Source of the DNA: an uncultured Desulfobacteraceae bacterium | GTDB taxonomy: Bacteria; Desulfobacterota; DSM-4660; Desulfatiglandales; HGW-15 | DNA: 64,000 nucleotides | Assembly: GCA_964580575.1 (NCBI GenBank) | Contig: CAZOLJ010000009.1 | Coordinates: forward strand, 6,101 to 70,100 | Direction of reading: 5' to 3' | Shown: in pieces, positions 26,267-35,053 of the stretch | How positions within the stretch are numbered: the first letter of the stretch is position 1 | Layout: the number at the start of each line of letters is the position of its first letter | The notes under the pieces: generated by a model | Told to the model about the DNA's origin: nothing | Seen by the model: the letters and a program-made list of their open reading frames with translations, nothing else | Database searches by the model: none | Program-made: the position numbers and the translations under genes

Positions 26267-27922
26267 TTGTTCAAGGAAATGAAGCAGACGGCAGACTACA
26301 ACATTTATGCCGCGTTTGAAGAGACGGCTCTGAGGCAAGGCGATCACCCTGCGGTCATCTATCTCGGGACTCGCTACTCCTATCTTGAAGTCAAGAACCT
26401 GGCCGAACGATTCGCAGCAGCCCTTGTCGGCCTTGGAGTAGGCCCGGGCCAGAGGGTCATGCTTTACATCCCGAATACGCTCCAGTGGGTGGTCACATGG
26501 CTGGGCATCCAGCGGGCAGGGGCAGTGGCGGTTCCCATCACACCCATCTACACGCCTCATGATCTCAGGTACATTGCGAACGACAGCGAGGCGGAAGCCA
26601 TTATCTGCGCGGACACCAACTTCGGATACGTGAAAAGGGTCTTGCCCGAAACCAAGATCAAAACAGTGATCGTCACCCGGATGGCTGACCTTCTGCCCTG
26701 GTGGAAACGTTCTTTCGGCTACCTCTTCGATGTGATCCCCAAAGGCAAGATCGCTCTTCAGGACAGAACCTATTCTCTCAGGGCGCTGCTGGACAAATAC
26801 AAAGGAGAGGTGAGGAACCTGCCTGCGCTTAAACGGGAAAGCCGGGCCCGGTGCGAGATTCTCTACACGGGCGGGACAACGAAGTTCGCAAAAGGGGTTC
26901 CCTTTACCCACGATCTCTTCCTTGTGTCCATGGCCGAACAGATCACGGTGAGCGAGCCCCTGGTTCCTGTCGAAGAGAACATCATTTTCGGCAATGCGCC
27001 CCTGTTCCACATCCTGGGTCAGACGTGCAGCCTCGCCACTCTTTTTGTAGGGGGCACCCTGTTGCTGCAGCCGAAGGTCAATGTGGATGCTACATTCGAA
27101 TCCATCGAACGATTCAGGGCAACCACCATGATCGGCGTGCCGACTCTTTACAGAATGATGCTGGAGCACGTCAGGGTTGACCACTACGATTTGAGCTCGG
27201 TGGTTTACTGGTACAGTGCAGGAGACGTTTTGCCTGTAGAGGTGGGGAAGCGCTGGCAGGAGAAGTTCGGCAAAGTGATCTACCAGGGATATGGGGCTAC
27301 CGAGACTTGCGGCGGCGTCGCCATGTGCCCTGTCACAGTCAGCAATCCGCCCAAGAGTGTGGGCCGCCAGGTACCCAGCAAGAGGATTAAGCTGCTCGAT
27401 CCCAACACGCTCGAACCGGTGAAGCTCGGCGAACCGGGGGAGCTTCTGGTCAACTCGGATTTAATGGTCACCAGTTACCTTAACAAACCTGAAGAAACAG
27501 CTGAATCCTTTATAGAAATAGAGGGTCGGAAGTGGTACCGAACAGCGGATGTCATGTCCATGGACGAAGAAGGGAACATTTATTTCGTGGACAGAACCGT
27601 GGACACGATCAAGCACAAGGGCTACAGGGTCTCTGCCTCTGAGATCGAAGCTGTACTTCAGGAGCATCCGGCGGTTGTGGGCGCCTGCGTGGTAGGGGTG
27701 CCGGATGAGAAGGTGGGTGAGAGAATCAAAGCCTATGTGGTTTTGAAGGAAGACATCAAAGGAATCACGGGATATGATCTGATCAAGTGGTGCCGAAAAA
27801 ATCTGGTTGCCTACAAGATCCCTCAGTACATCGAATTCAGGGACATGCTCCCCAAATCAAAGGTCGGAAAACTCCTGCGCCGCGAAATCCGGGACGAGGA
27901 AAAGCGCAGAGCGGAAGGGTGA
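26267..27922 (+). CDS. AMP-forming acyl-CoA synthetase, about 547-551 aa.
   Basis: Motifs ILYTGGTTKFAKGVPFTH, YGATETCG, WYRTADVMSMDEEGNIYFVDRTVDTIKHKGYRVS, and a C-terminal PKSKVGKLLRRE. The start is either the TTG at 26267 or the ATG at 26279. Confidence 0.85.
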   Translation: MFKEMKQTADYNIYAAFEETALRQGDHPAVIYLGTRYSYLEVKNLAERFAAALVGLGVGPGQRVMLYIPNTLQWVVTWLGIQRAGAVAVPITPIYTPHDLRYIANDSEAEAIICADTNFGYVKRVLPETKIKTVIVTRMADLLPWWKRSFGYLFDVIPKGKIALQDRTYSLRALLDKYKGEVRNLPALKRESRARCEILYTGGTTKFAKGVPFTHDLFLVSMAEQITVSEPLVPVEENIIFGNAPLFHILGQTCSLATLFVGGTLLLQPKVNVDATFESIERFRATTMIGVPTLYRMMLEHVRVDHYDLSSVVYWYSAGDVLPVEVGKRWQEKFGKVIYQGYGATETCGGVAMCPVTVSNPPKSVGRQVPSKRIKLLDPNTLEPVKLGEPGELLVNSDLMVTSYLNKPEETAESFIEIEGRKWYRTADVMSMDEEGNIYFVDRTVDTIKHKGYRVSASEIEAVLQEHPAVVGACVVGVPDEKVGERIKAYVVLKEDIKGITGYDLIKWCRKNLVAYKIPQYIEFRDMLPKSKVGKLLRREIRDEEKRRAEG

Positions 27923-27929
27923 AGAAGCT

Positions 27930-27963
27930 GGAGTAATGGAGTATTGGAGGGATGGAGTGATGG
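27930..27963. repeat. GGAGTANT-type word array, single arm (half element).
   Basis: Four tandem octamers, GGAGTAAT GGAGTATT GGAGGGAT GGAGTGAT, then GG, starting 8 nt after the ligase stop. I found no complementary arm nearby. Confidence 0.5.
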
Positions 27964-28226
27964 TGAAGAGGCCACCTCCGCTGATATCTCTTTCAGTCAG
28001 TCTTCTTCTGTTCAACCGTCTCTATCTTGTCTTGATTGCCCACCTGGCAAGCATTCCGCATTCAGGTGGAGATCCCAAGCTTCGGAAGAATGTAAGCCTG
28101 AAGCGCCACCCAAACGACAACGAACAAAACAAGCCACAAGATTCCCATATTTTTTCCCTTCGTGGATTCCTTTTCCATAGAACAACTCGGGAAGCATCAA
28201 GCAGCGCACGGCCGCTGTCAATGACC

Positions 28227-28439
28227 TCAGGAAAAGCCGCCATGAGAGGCGCAAGAGTGTGAACTCGCACTCGTTCCCTCGCTCGATCCCGAGGAGCTGC
28301 AAGAGAACGACGACATCAGTTTGCAGGTATCATTCTCGCCACAGGTGGGGCACACGGCAATATCGTCAGGATCGGACGGGAACATGAGCTGTTCAAAGGT
28401 GTTCCCGCATTTCTTGCACTGAAATTCGTAAATGGGCAT
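28227..28439 (-). CDS. FmdB-family zinc-ribbon protein, 70 aa.
   Basis: The internal ATG at 28439 follows GGAGAG. The product is MPIYEFQCKKCGNTFEQLMFPSDPDDIAVCPTCGEND..., with two CxxC pairs, then a Ser/Gly-rich tail. Confidence 0.75.
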   Translation of the reverse strand: MPIYEFQCKKCGNTFEQLMFPSDPDDIAVCPTCGENDTCKLMSSFSCSSSGSSEGTSASSHSCASHGGFS

Positions 28440-28522
28440 TCGGAGCTCTCCTTGTGAAAAACTTGAGACACAATATAATCTTCGGTTCAAAGAAATCAAG
28501 TCAAGAGAATAAACCCTTTTCT

Positions 28523-28621
28523 GTCATTCCCGCGGAGGCAGGAATCCGTGCGCCTTTCTAAATTCTTCTGGACTCCCGCTCCCCGCCTGCGCGGGGACAG
28601 GCTTCATTCAGCGGGAGTGAC
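28523..28621. repeat. REP-like nested palindromic element (GTCATTCCCGC ... GCGGGAGTGAC).
   Basis: The outer inverted repeat is 28523-28533 with 28611-28621. The inner hairpins are ATTCC/GGAAT (28526-28545), ACTCCCGC/GCGGGAGT (28572-28618) and CCCCGC-CTGC-GCGGGG (28581-28596). It lies between dctM and the zinc-ribbon gene. Confidence 0.5.
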
Positions 28622-28658
28622 GACTTGGGGCTCTTTGCGGACGCATCAAAATTCGCTT

Positions 28659-29930
28659 TTAACGGATTAACCTTGGAAGATACAGGCTCAGGCCGGGCCA
28701 GTAGGTGATCAGGGCGAGAGTGAGAAGAAGAATGAGCAGAAAGGGCACGGTCGCCCGGTACAGGGCCACAATGGGCCGCTCGAAACGGGTGCTCGCGATG
28801 AAAAGATTGAGGCCGATGGGCGGCGTGTTGTAGCCGATGCCGAGGTTGGCCAGGAAAATCACCCCGAGGTGCACGGGGTCCACCTGGAATTTTTCAGCGA
28901 GAGGGATGATCAGAGGCACCACCACGAGAATGGCGCTGAAGATGTCCATCATGCAGCCTACGAGCAGCAGGAAAAGGTTCAGAACCAGAAGAAAAGCGAT
29001 CTTGCTCTCGATCATCCCCTTCAAGAATTCGAAGAGCTTCATCGGAACAAAGGCGTCCACGAGATAATTGGTGAAACCCAGCGCAGCCCCGAGCACGATC
29101 ATGATGCCCCCCACCATCTTCATGCTCGACAGCATGATCTTGGGCACATCGCTCAAGAGGCGAAGTTCCCTGAAGACGATGGTTTTGAGGAAGAGCACAT
29201 AGACCACGGTCAGGGCGGCGGCTTCAGTGGCCGTGCAGAATCCCGAATAGATGCCTGCGAGAATCAGGAAGGGGATGGGAAGTTCCCAGGCGGCTTCTTT
29301 GAGAGCAAGGAGAAATTCGGAAATCGAGAAAGGAGGAGTTTCGAGTTGCCATCTTCTCCCCATGAAGGTGGAGAAGAGGCAGAGAGACCCCACAATGAGA
29401 ACCCCGGGGAGAAGACCGGCCATAAAGAGTTTCTCAATGCTCACGCCTGAAACAAAGCCGTAGAGAATAATGGGGAGGCTGGGCGGGAACAGAAGGCCCA
29501 GGCTTCCTGAAGCCGTGACCAGTCCGAGAGAAAACGGCTCTTTGTATTTCTCGGCGATGAGCGCAGGAAGAAGCAGACCGCCCAGGGCGATAATGGTTAC
29601 TCCTGTCGCTCCTGTGATCGCAGTGAAGAAGGAACTGGAAACCAGCACCACCACTCCCAGCCCTCCGGGAAGCCATCCGAAAAGGCTTCTCGAGAATCGA
29701 ACCAGACGTGTCGATGTATGCCCCTCACTGAGGAGGTATCCCGCGAAGGTGAAAAGCGGAATAGCGAGGAGGACCGGCGCATTGGCGAGGCGGAAGACCT
29801 CTATGGCAATGGCGGAAAAATCCACTCCGCTCGTGTGGAGCCCCAGCATGGCAGCGCCCATGATGCCGGCGAAAATCGGGAGACCGGAAAGAGAAAAGAG
29901 AATGAGAAGGACAAGGATCGCAGCAATCAC
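28659..29930 (-). CDS. dctM: TRAP transporter large permease (DctM family), 423 aa.
   Basis: The tracked ORF extends to 30167 but overlaps dctQ. A GTG at 29930 is preceded by GAGGAGGA and overlaps the dctQ stop (GTGA). From there the product reads (M)IAAILVLLILFSLSGLPIFAGIMGAAML..., a polytopic DctM-like protein. Confidence 0.8.
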   Translation of the reverse strand: MIAAILVLLILFSLSGLPIFAGIMGAAMLGLHTSGVDFSAIAIEVFRLANAPVLLAIPLFTFAGYLLSEGHTSTRLVRFSRSLFGWLPGGLGVVVLVSSSFFTAITGATGVTIIALGGLLLPALIAEKYKEPFSLGLVTASGSLGLLFPPSLPIILYGFVSGVSIEKLFMAGLLPGVLIVGSLCLFSTFMGRRWQLETPPFSISEFLLALKEAAWELPIPFLILAGIYSGFCTATEAAALTVVYVLFLKTIVFRELRLLSDVPKIMLSSMKMVGGIMIVLGAALGFTNYLVDAFVPMKLFEFLKGMIESKIAFLLVLNLFLLLVGCMMDIFSAILVVVPLIIPLAEKFQVDPVHLGVIFLANLGIGYNTPPIGLNLFIASTRFERPIVALYRATVPFLLILLLTLALITYWPGLSLYLPRLIR

Positions 29931-30454
29931 GATGCCGTCCTCCTCAGGATCCCGAGGGCGGAGCAAAGCGCCCTCACCAAGAAGCGAAAACAGATGAGCA
30001 GAAAGCCTAGCGGAAGAATCAGTTGACCGACCCAGGTAGGAATACCCAGGAAGAGCTTGCCGCCAAAGCTCAACTCCGTGCTGACATAGAACAAAGAGGC
30101 CTTGAACATCAGAGCCGTCACAAGGGCGCCCGCCAGAGAGAGCAGAACCTCCAGCAGGGGAATCCATGCCGCCGGGATGATCTGGGTGAGCAGGTCGATC
30201 TTAATGTGTTTGTTTTCGCCGGTTACCAGAGAGGCGCCCAAGAAGGTCACCCAGAGAACCAGGAGCCGAACAAAAGGTTCAGCCCAGTCGATGCTGCCCA
30301 TGAGGTCATTGGCCCATCCGACGTGAGCATAAATGAAAAGGCTCCTCAGCAGGACCTGGAGAAAGGTGAGGGAGACCATGAGGCTCAGGAAAAGGATGAG
30401 AAGCCATCCCTCGAAACGAGCGATGGCCATATCGATTCGGGCTAGGATCTTCAT
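29927..30454 (-). CDS. dctQ: TRAP transporter small permease (DctQ family), 175 aa.
   Basis: Four-helix small membrane protein positioned between the dctP-like and dctM-like genes. Confidence 0.75.
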   Translation of the reverse strand: MKILARIDMAIARFEGWLLILFLSLMVSLTFLQVLLRSLFIYAHVGWANDLMGSIDWAEPFVRLLVLWVTFLGASLVTGENKHIKIDLLTQIIPAAWIPLLEVLLSLAGALVTALMFKASLFYVSTELSFGGKLFLGIPTWVGQLILPLGFLLICFRFLVRALCSALGILRRTAS

Positions 30455-31455
30455 CAGCGGTTCTTTTTCAGGAGCTCGTACACCTTGCCCAGAACGTCCT
30501 TTGAGTAGAGACTGCCGGTCAGAGCCTGCGCGACCTGATCATGCACCTTGTAGAATTCCTTCAGGTCCGCGTCCTGGGGCGTGGGAAGGATTCTGATCCC
30601 TCCTTTTTCAAGCAAAACGACCGACTCCTCCGTTTGTTTTCTGAGGTCGGTCGTCAGGCGCTCCATGGAGAGGTGGAACTCGTCTTTGATGATTTTGAAA
30701 TGCTGTGCCGGAATTTTCTGGGCAAAGTTCTTTGAAACGAGCACCGCACCCGTGGAATGGGCGAGAGGGAGCGAGGTCATGGTCTTGACGTAGAGGTTCC
30801 ACTGCAAGGCGATGGCGCCGAGGGGCGGCGCGTAGACGGTGTCGATCATGCCCGTGTTCAGCGCAGTGGTGACATCCGTGATCGCAAGCGGAATGGGGTT
30901 GTTGCCCATGGCGGAGAAGGTCTCTTTCGCGATCGGATCTCCTGACCATGTCCACACTTTGCGCTTTGCCAAGTCACTCACTTTGCGTATGGGCTCCTGA
31001 GAAAAGAGGTGGACATTTCCCACCTCGGCCCAGGACAGGAGCTCAAAATCTTTCTGTCGAAACTGCTCCGCAAAGAATCCCTCCAGCTCCTTGTGAAGCA
31101 GATCGACTTCTTTATCATTCCTGAACAGGAAGGGCAGGTCGAGCACCCTCACTGCGGGAAGAATCTGGCCGAAACCCACGCCTGAAAAGGCGGCGGAGTG
31201 GAGCTGGCCGATCCGAATCTTCCTGAGCACATCCAGTTCATCGCCGGCCACGCCGCCGGCATAAACCCGAAAAACGATCTGGCCCTGAGTCTTCTCCCGG
31301 ATCGTTTTTTCGAGTTCCTTCATCGTGTTCATCCACGTGGAGCCTTCAGGGGCCACCGTGGCAAACTTGACGGTGAGGGGCTCCGCAGCGAAGGACATGG
31401 CGGAAAATCCCAGCAAAAGAAGAAGGGGGACCACGACACGAATGAGCTTGATCAA
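30454..31455 (-). CDS. dctP: TRAP transporter periplasmic solute-binding protein (DctP family), 333 aa.
   Basis: The signal peptide is MIKLIRVVVPLLLLLGFSAMSFAAEP. The DctP-like body includes KFATVAPEGSTWMNTMKELEKTIREKTQGQIVFRVYAGG. Confidence 0.8.
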   Translation of the reverse strand: MIKLIRVVVPLLLLLGFSAMSFAAEPLTVKFATVAPEGSTWMNTMKELEKTIREKTQGQIVFRVYAGGVAGDELDVLRKIRIGQLHSAAFSGVGFGQILPAVRVLDLPFLFRNDKEVDLLHKELEGFFAEQFRQKDFELLSWAEVGNVHLFSQEPIRKVSDLAKRKVWTWSGDPIAKETFSAMGNNPIPLAITDVTTALNTGMIDTVYAPPLGAIALQWNLYVKTMTSLPLAHSTGAVLVSKNFAQKIPAQHFKIIKDEFHLSMERLTTDLRKQTEESVVLLEKGGIRILPTPQDADLKEFYKVHDQVAQALTGSLYSKDVLGKVYELLKKNR

Positions 31456-31464
31456 AGCATCCTC

Positions 31465-32406
31465 CTACAAGAAGAGATCCTCTGCTTGTTTTACGAGTTC
31501 TTGCGCTCTGCGCTGCATGACCCGGTTGATGAGGCAAACCTCTTTGATCTCATCAGGGGCGCCGCGAAGAACCTCTGCGAGGGCGCGGCCGAACAACTCC
31601 TTGTCCTGAACCCTTACCGCATAGTACCTGGCAAAGTAAACCTGGGCCAAAAAGAAGTGCCCGTGATTCTTCTGCATGGCCTCTTCGAAGTGGATCCTGG
31701 CCTTTTCAGGGCTTCCGCCCAGCAGAGGAGGCCGTGCCGCAAGGCTGGCTCCCATCAGGATGTGAGGCGCGCTGTAGAAGAAGTGCGCATCCAGTTCGAG
31801 GACCCTCTTGAGGCAGGCCTCGGAGGCGCTCAACTGGGCCAGGGCGCTCGGCTTGTCCAGGTTCAGGTTGATCCACGCGTTCCAGGACAGAGTGGTCCAG
31901 AAGAGGGCTTCAAGATCCGTTGGGTCCATGTTCTTGAGCGCCGCTCTGACGGGCTCAGGGCCGGCCTCTCGATTGCCCAAAGGGGTCCCCTTGTCCCCTA
32001 GAGCTCTGATTCCGTAGTCCAGTGCGCGAAGATAGAACGCGGAGGCCCGCTCCGGATCTTCCGGTTCAATGAACAAAAGAGAATAGCCGGCAAACCCCAT
32101 GCACAGGGTTGTGAGAATCTTCTTGTTCTCAGGATCGTTCTTGAGAAGCCCTTCCAAGAGTTTCAGATTCGGAGGAATCGAGGCTTTTGCAAGTTCAGGA
32201 TCACACTCCTCAAACATGGCGGATGCGACGTTTGGAAAAAGGGAAGGGGAAGCTCTCAGGGCCACTTGCATACAAGCCGAGAAGAAGAACAAGCATAGGA
32301 GTGAAAGGGAGACTGCTCCACGAAATCGAGTGATCGCATTTTTCAAAAGCTCAGAAGCAAATGTCGAATATCGAACAAGGAATGTCGGATGATGAAGTTT
32401 AGTCAA
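31465..32406 (-). CDS. tatT: TatT-like TPR protein, the T component of a TPR-protein-associated TRAP transporter.
   Basis: The TTG start at 32406 lies 8 nt after GAAGGAGG. A lipoprotein-like signal is present (SLSLLCLFFFSAC). The helical-repeat body is adjacent to dctPQM. The family assignment comes from recognition of TatT-type sequences, not from a search. Confidence 0.6.
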   Translation of the reverse strand: MTKLHHPTFLVRYSTFASELLKNAITRFRGAVSLSLLCLFFFSACMQVALRASPSLFPNVASAMFEECDPELAKASIPPNLKLLEGLLKNDPENKKILTTLCMGFAGYSLLFIEPEDPERASAFYLRALDYGIRALGDKGTPLGNREAGPEPVRAALKNMDPTDLEALFWTTLSWNAWINLNLDKPSALAQLSASEACLKRVLELDAHFFYSAPHILMGASLAARPPLLGGSPEKARIHFEEAMQKNHGHFFLAQVYFARYYAVRVQDKELFGRALAEVLRGAPDEIKEVCLINRVMQRRAQELVKQAEDLFL

Positions 32407-32504
32407 TCTGATTGCCTCCTTCGGTGTTCTTCATTCGTCATTCGACATTCTGCGGTTTGCTCTTGAAGTTCTTCAAAAACCCAAAGCGGCGCACATCCCC
32501 TGTT

Positions 32505-33731
32505 TTAATACCCAAGGAAAGGATCTCCCTTCTTGGGCGCTTCGTCAATGCATTTCTGAGCGAGGAACTGGGCGCCTGCGCCGTTCTCCATTTTGAGAAC
32601 CCGGTGGTAGAATTCCATGGCCGTATCTCTTTTTCCGTCGAGATCGTAGCTCATTCCTTTCTTGAGAACGGGCCAGGCAATCATGTCAGGGTCGAGCCCT
32701 GGTTCGGCCTGGGAAAGAATGGCCTCCAGTTTGTTTCTTGCCTGTTGCGTCTGGCCTCTGAAAAGATGGTACGTCGCTTCAAGGTAAAGAGCCTGGTTCT
32801 CCCAAATGAGGCGATCGCTTCTGGTTGCTTTTTTTCGGCCCTCCGCACGGAGGGAATCCACCATTTCCTTGTACTTGGAATCACTGTCCTGGCGGATATA
32901 GACAAGGCCTTCAAAAAAGGGATACCGCGTGTTCTTTCGGAATTTCGCTCTCAAATCCTGGATGAGGGGTAACGCTTTATCGTAGTCCTCTTCGAGGTAG
33001 AGATAAATGTGAATCAGCATGCTCTTGGACTCGAGCCCGGAGTAAAGCGCCTCGTTCGCCGCCACATGGAGTTTTCGCAGACCTTCGTCTTTGTCGCCTT
33101 TGTGAAGAAAAAGGTAGGTGAGGAATTTCAACACACCGGAGAGTTTTGCTGTGTAGTAGTCGTAGATGCCGAGCCCCAGGAGAACGTCTTTGTTGTTTGG
33201 GTCGAGTTTTTGGCAGGTTTTTAAAGCCTGAATGGCATCATAAGCGAGATTGTAAGAGGAAAACCAATTCTGCTGCATCAATTCGAAGCGGCCCTTGAAC
33301 CCGAGAGCCCCTCCCAGGTAAAAATAACTGCGGCTGTCTTTCTCGTTCTTCTCAATTCTTTTTTTTGCAACGGATATGGTCTGATCGATTCGCTCCACGT
33401 ACTCCTTAAGGTTTTGTGCAGTCCAGAAACCCACGGATAGCTTGGACCAGGTCACCATGGCCATGTAGAAGTAGCCGACGGGGTGGTCCGGTCTTTCAGT
33501 GACCATCCTGGAAAAGCGCTTCTCCGCTTCATCGAATTCCAGGTCATACAGGTGGTTTATTCCTCTGATAATCTCCTGGTTGGGGTGTCGGATGTCCGGT
33601 TTGAGCGGTTCCGCCGCCCGGACATGCGAAGGAGAAAGAAAAAACACAAGAATCAAAAGGACTTGGAGATAAGTTCGGATGGCAAGACAAGAAAGGGGAT
33701 TCACCTTTGTTCCACTCAACTTGGATAGCAT
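32505..33731 (-). CDS. Secreted TPR/helical-repeat protein, 408 aa, function unknown.
   Basis: It has a signal-like N-terminus (LQVLLILVFFLSPSHVRAAEP) and repeated Y/F/A-rich helical pairs (GYFYMAMVTW, YFYLGGALGFKG, LGLGIYDYYTA). Confidence 0.65.
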   Translation of the reverse strand: MLSKLSGTKVNPLSCLAIRTYLQVLLILVFFLSPSHVRAAEPLKPDIRHPNQEIIRGINHLYDLEFDEAEKRFSRMVTERPDHPVGYFYMAMVTWSKLSVGFWTAQNLKEYVERIDQTISVAKKRIEKNEKDSRSYFYLGGALGFKGRFELMQQNWFSSYNLAYDAIQALKTCQKLDPNNKDVLLGLGIYDYYTAKLSGVLKFLTYLFLHKGDKDEGLRKLHVAANEALYSGLESKSMLIHIYLYLEEDYDKALPLIQDLRAKFRKNTRYPFFEGLVYIRQDSDSKYKEMVDSLRAEGRKKATRSDRLIWENQALYLEATYHLFRGQTQQARNKLEAILSQAEPGLDPDMIAWPVLKKGMSYDLDGKRDTAMEFYHRVLKMENGAGAQFLAQKCIDEAPKKGDPFLGY

Positions 33732-33948
33732 TAGAACGCGTTCAGAAAGCTGTCTTTTTCGACTCTTGTCGAGAATTGTATAAAATTCCTATTGAATTTA
33801 CAATGTTGGAAATTATAAAATTAAGCATTTGTGGAGCGGTGCTTCTTTTTCATTCATGCGACCGCGCGAAGAAGCCTTGGAAAAAGGGGGAAACCTCCGA
33901 TTTTCTCCCGGCAAGGATTCTAAGGAATCATCAAGGGGCTAGGATAGA

Positions 33949-34848
33949 ATGAAGATCTTGCTCTTGGGAAGCAAAGGCATGCTGGGTAGCGATTGCAGGA
34001 GTGTCCTGAGTCAAAACTATGCAATCCTTTCTCCCGATAAAAAAGAACTGGATATTGTCAGTTGGGACAAGGTGATAGACCGGATGCACCATTTACATCC
34101 GGAGATCGTTCTCAACTGTGCCGCCATTACGGATCCGGACGTGTGCGAAGAAACCAGGCAGTCCTACATGGTGAAAAAGGTGAATATCGAAGGCCCGAGA
34201 AACATTGCGCAGGCCTCGGCCCGGTATGACTGCAAGGTGATCCAAATCTCCTCCGATCAGGTCTTCAACGGTGAGAAGGCCATCCCGCAACCGTACTTCG
34301 AAGACGACACCCTCGATCCCCTCTCTGTCTACGGCCGCAGCAAGATGGAAAGCGAAACGGCGGTCAGGGAGAATGCGTCTGATTATATGATCGTTAGGAG
34401 TGGATGGCTTTATGGCGCGGAGGGTGACAGCTTTATCAAGAGCCTGCTGACCAGCGTCTTCGGCAAGAAAAAAAGCCGAAAGGTCAAAGTGGTGAAAGAT
34501 CAATTCGGTTCTCCCACCTGGTCCTATCGCCTGGCCCAGCAGATCCAGGAACTGATCCGTGCTGAGGGTAAAGGCACCTACCACGCCACGGCAGAGGGGT
34601 ACTGCAGCCGTCTGGAGTATGCCCAGTTCATCGTGGACAAGCTGGGCGTGAAGGTCTCCCTGGATCCCTGCTCTCTATCGGAGTGTCGCAGAAAAGCGAA
34701 AAGGCCGGCCAATTGCATCCTGGAGAACAGGATTTTGAAGAAGCAGGGAATCAATCTCATGACGCCATGGAAGGAAGACCTGGAGCTTTTCCTGGATCAA
34801 TTCGGCGACGATCTGATCAAACAGGCCAAAGCCGGAGGATCAAAGTGA
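33949..34848 (+). CDS. rfbD: dTDP-4-dehydrorhamnose reductase-like SDR (RmlD family), 299 aa.
   Basis: MKILLLGSKGMLGSDC (Rossmann fold), NCAAITDPDVCE, ISSDQVFNG, YGRSKMESE (YxxxK), and a C-terminal RPANCILEN typical of RmlD. Confidence 0.75.
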   Translation: MKILLLGSKGMLGSDCRSVLSQNYAILSPDKKELDIVSWDKVIDRMHHLHPEIVLNCAAITDPDVCEETRQSYMVKKVNIEGPRNIAQASARYDCKVIQISSDQVFNGEKAIPQPYFEDDTLDPLSVYGRSKMESETAVRENASDYMIVRSGWLYGAEGDSFIKSLLTSVFGKKKSRKVKVVKDQFGSPTWSYRLAQQIQELIRAEGKGTYHATAEGYCSRLEYAQFIVDKLGVKVSLDPCSLSECRRKAKRPANCILENRILKKQGINLMTPWKEDLELFLDQFGDDLIKQAKAGGSK

Positions 34849-34914
34849 AACTCCCAGCCCAGCGGCTTGCTGAAAAATACCCATCTACAGCATTGCCGTC
34901 ATCCCGAAGAAAAA

Positions 34915-34985
34915 GTGACAAGTGACGAGTCACGAGTGACAAGTCCCTGTTTTTGTCTCGTCACTTGTTACTCGTCACTCGTCAC
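34915..34985. repeat. GTGACAAG-type word-repeat hairpin, copy 2.
   Basis: GTGACAAGTGACGAGTCACGAGTGACAAG, loop TCCCTGTTTTTGT, then CTCGTCACTTGTTACTCGTCACTCGTCAC. It lies between two convergent genes. Confidence 0.65.
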
Positions 34986-35053
34986 TGAAACAGACGCCCT
35001 GTATCCGATCCTTCTGCGAGTGACCTAGGGGCACAGTCCTTTTCAGTGTCCCG

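Noticed and set aside
27964-28226. A hidden gene or sRNA in the 300-bp gap after the third ligase gene.
   Set aside because: Only short overlapping ORFs with poor composition occur here (27807-28262, 28012-28302, 28022-28270). I see a small hairpin (CCACCTG...CAGGTGG) but nothing I can identify. It is left unannotated.
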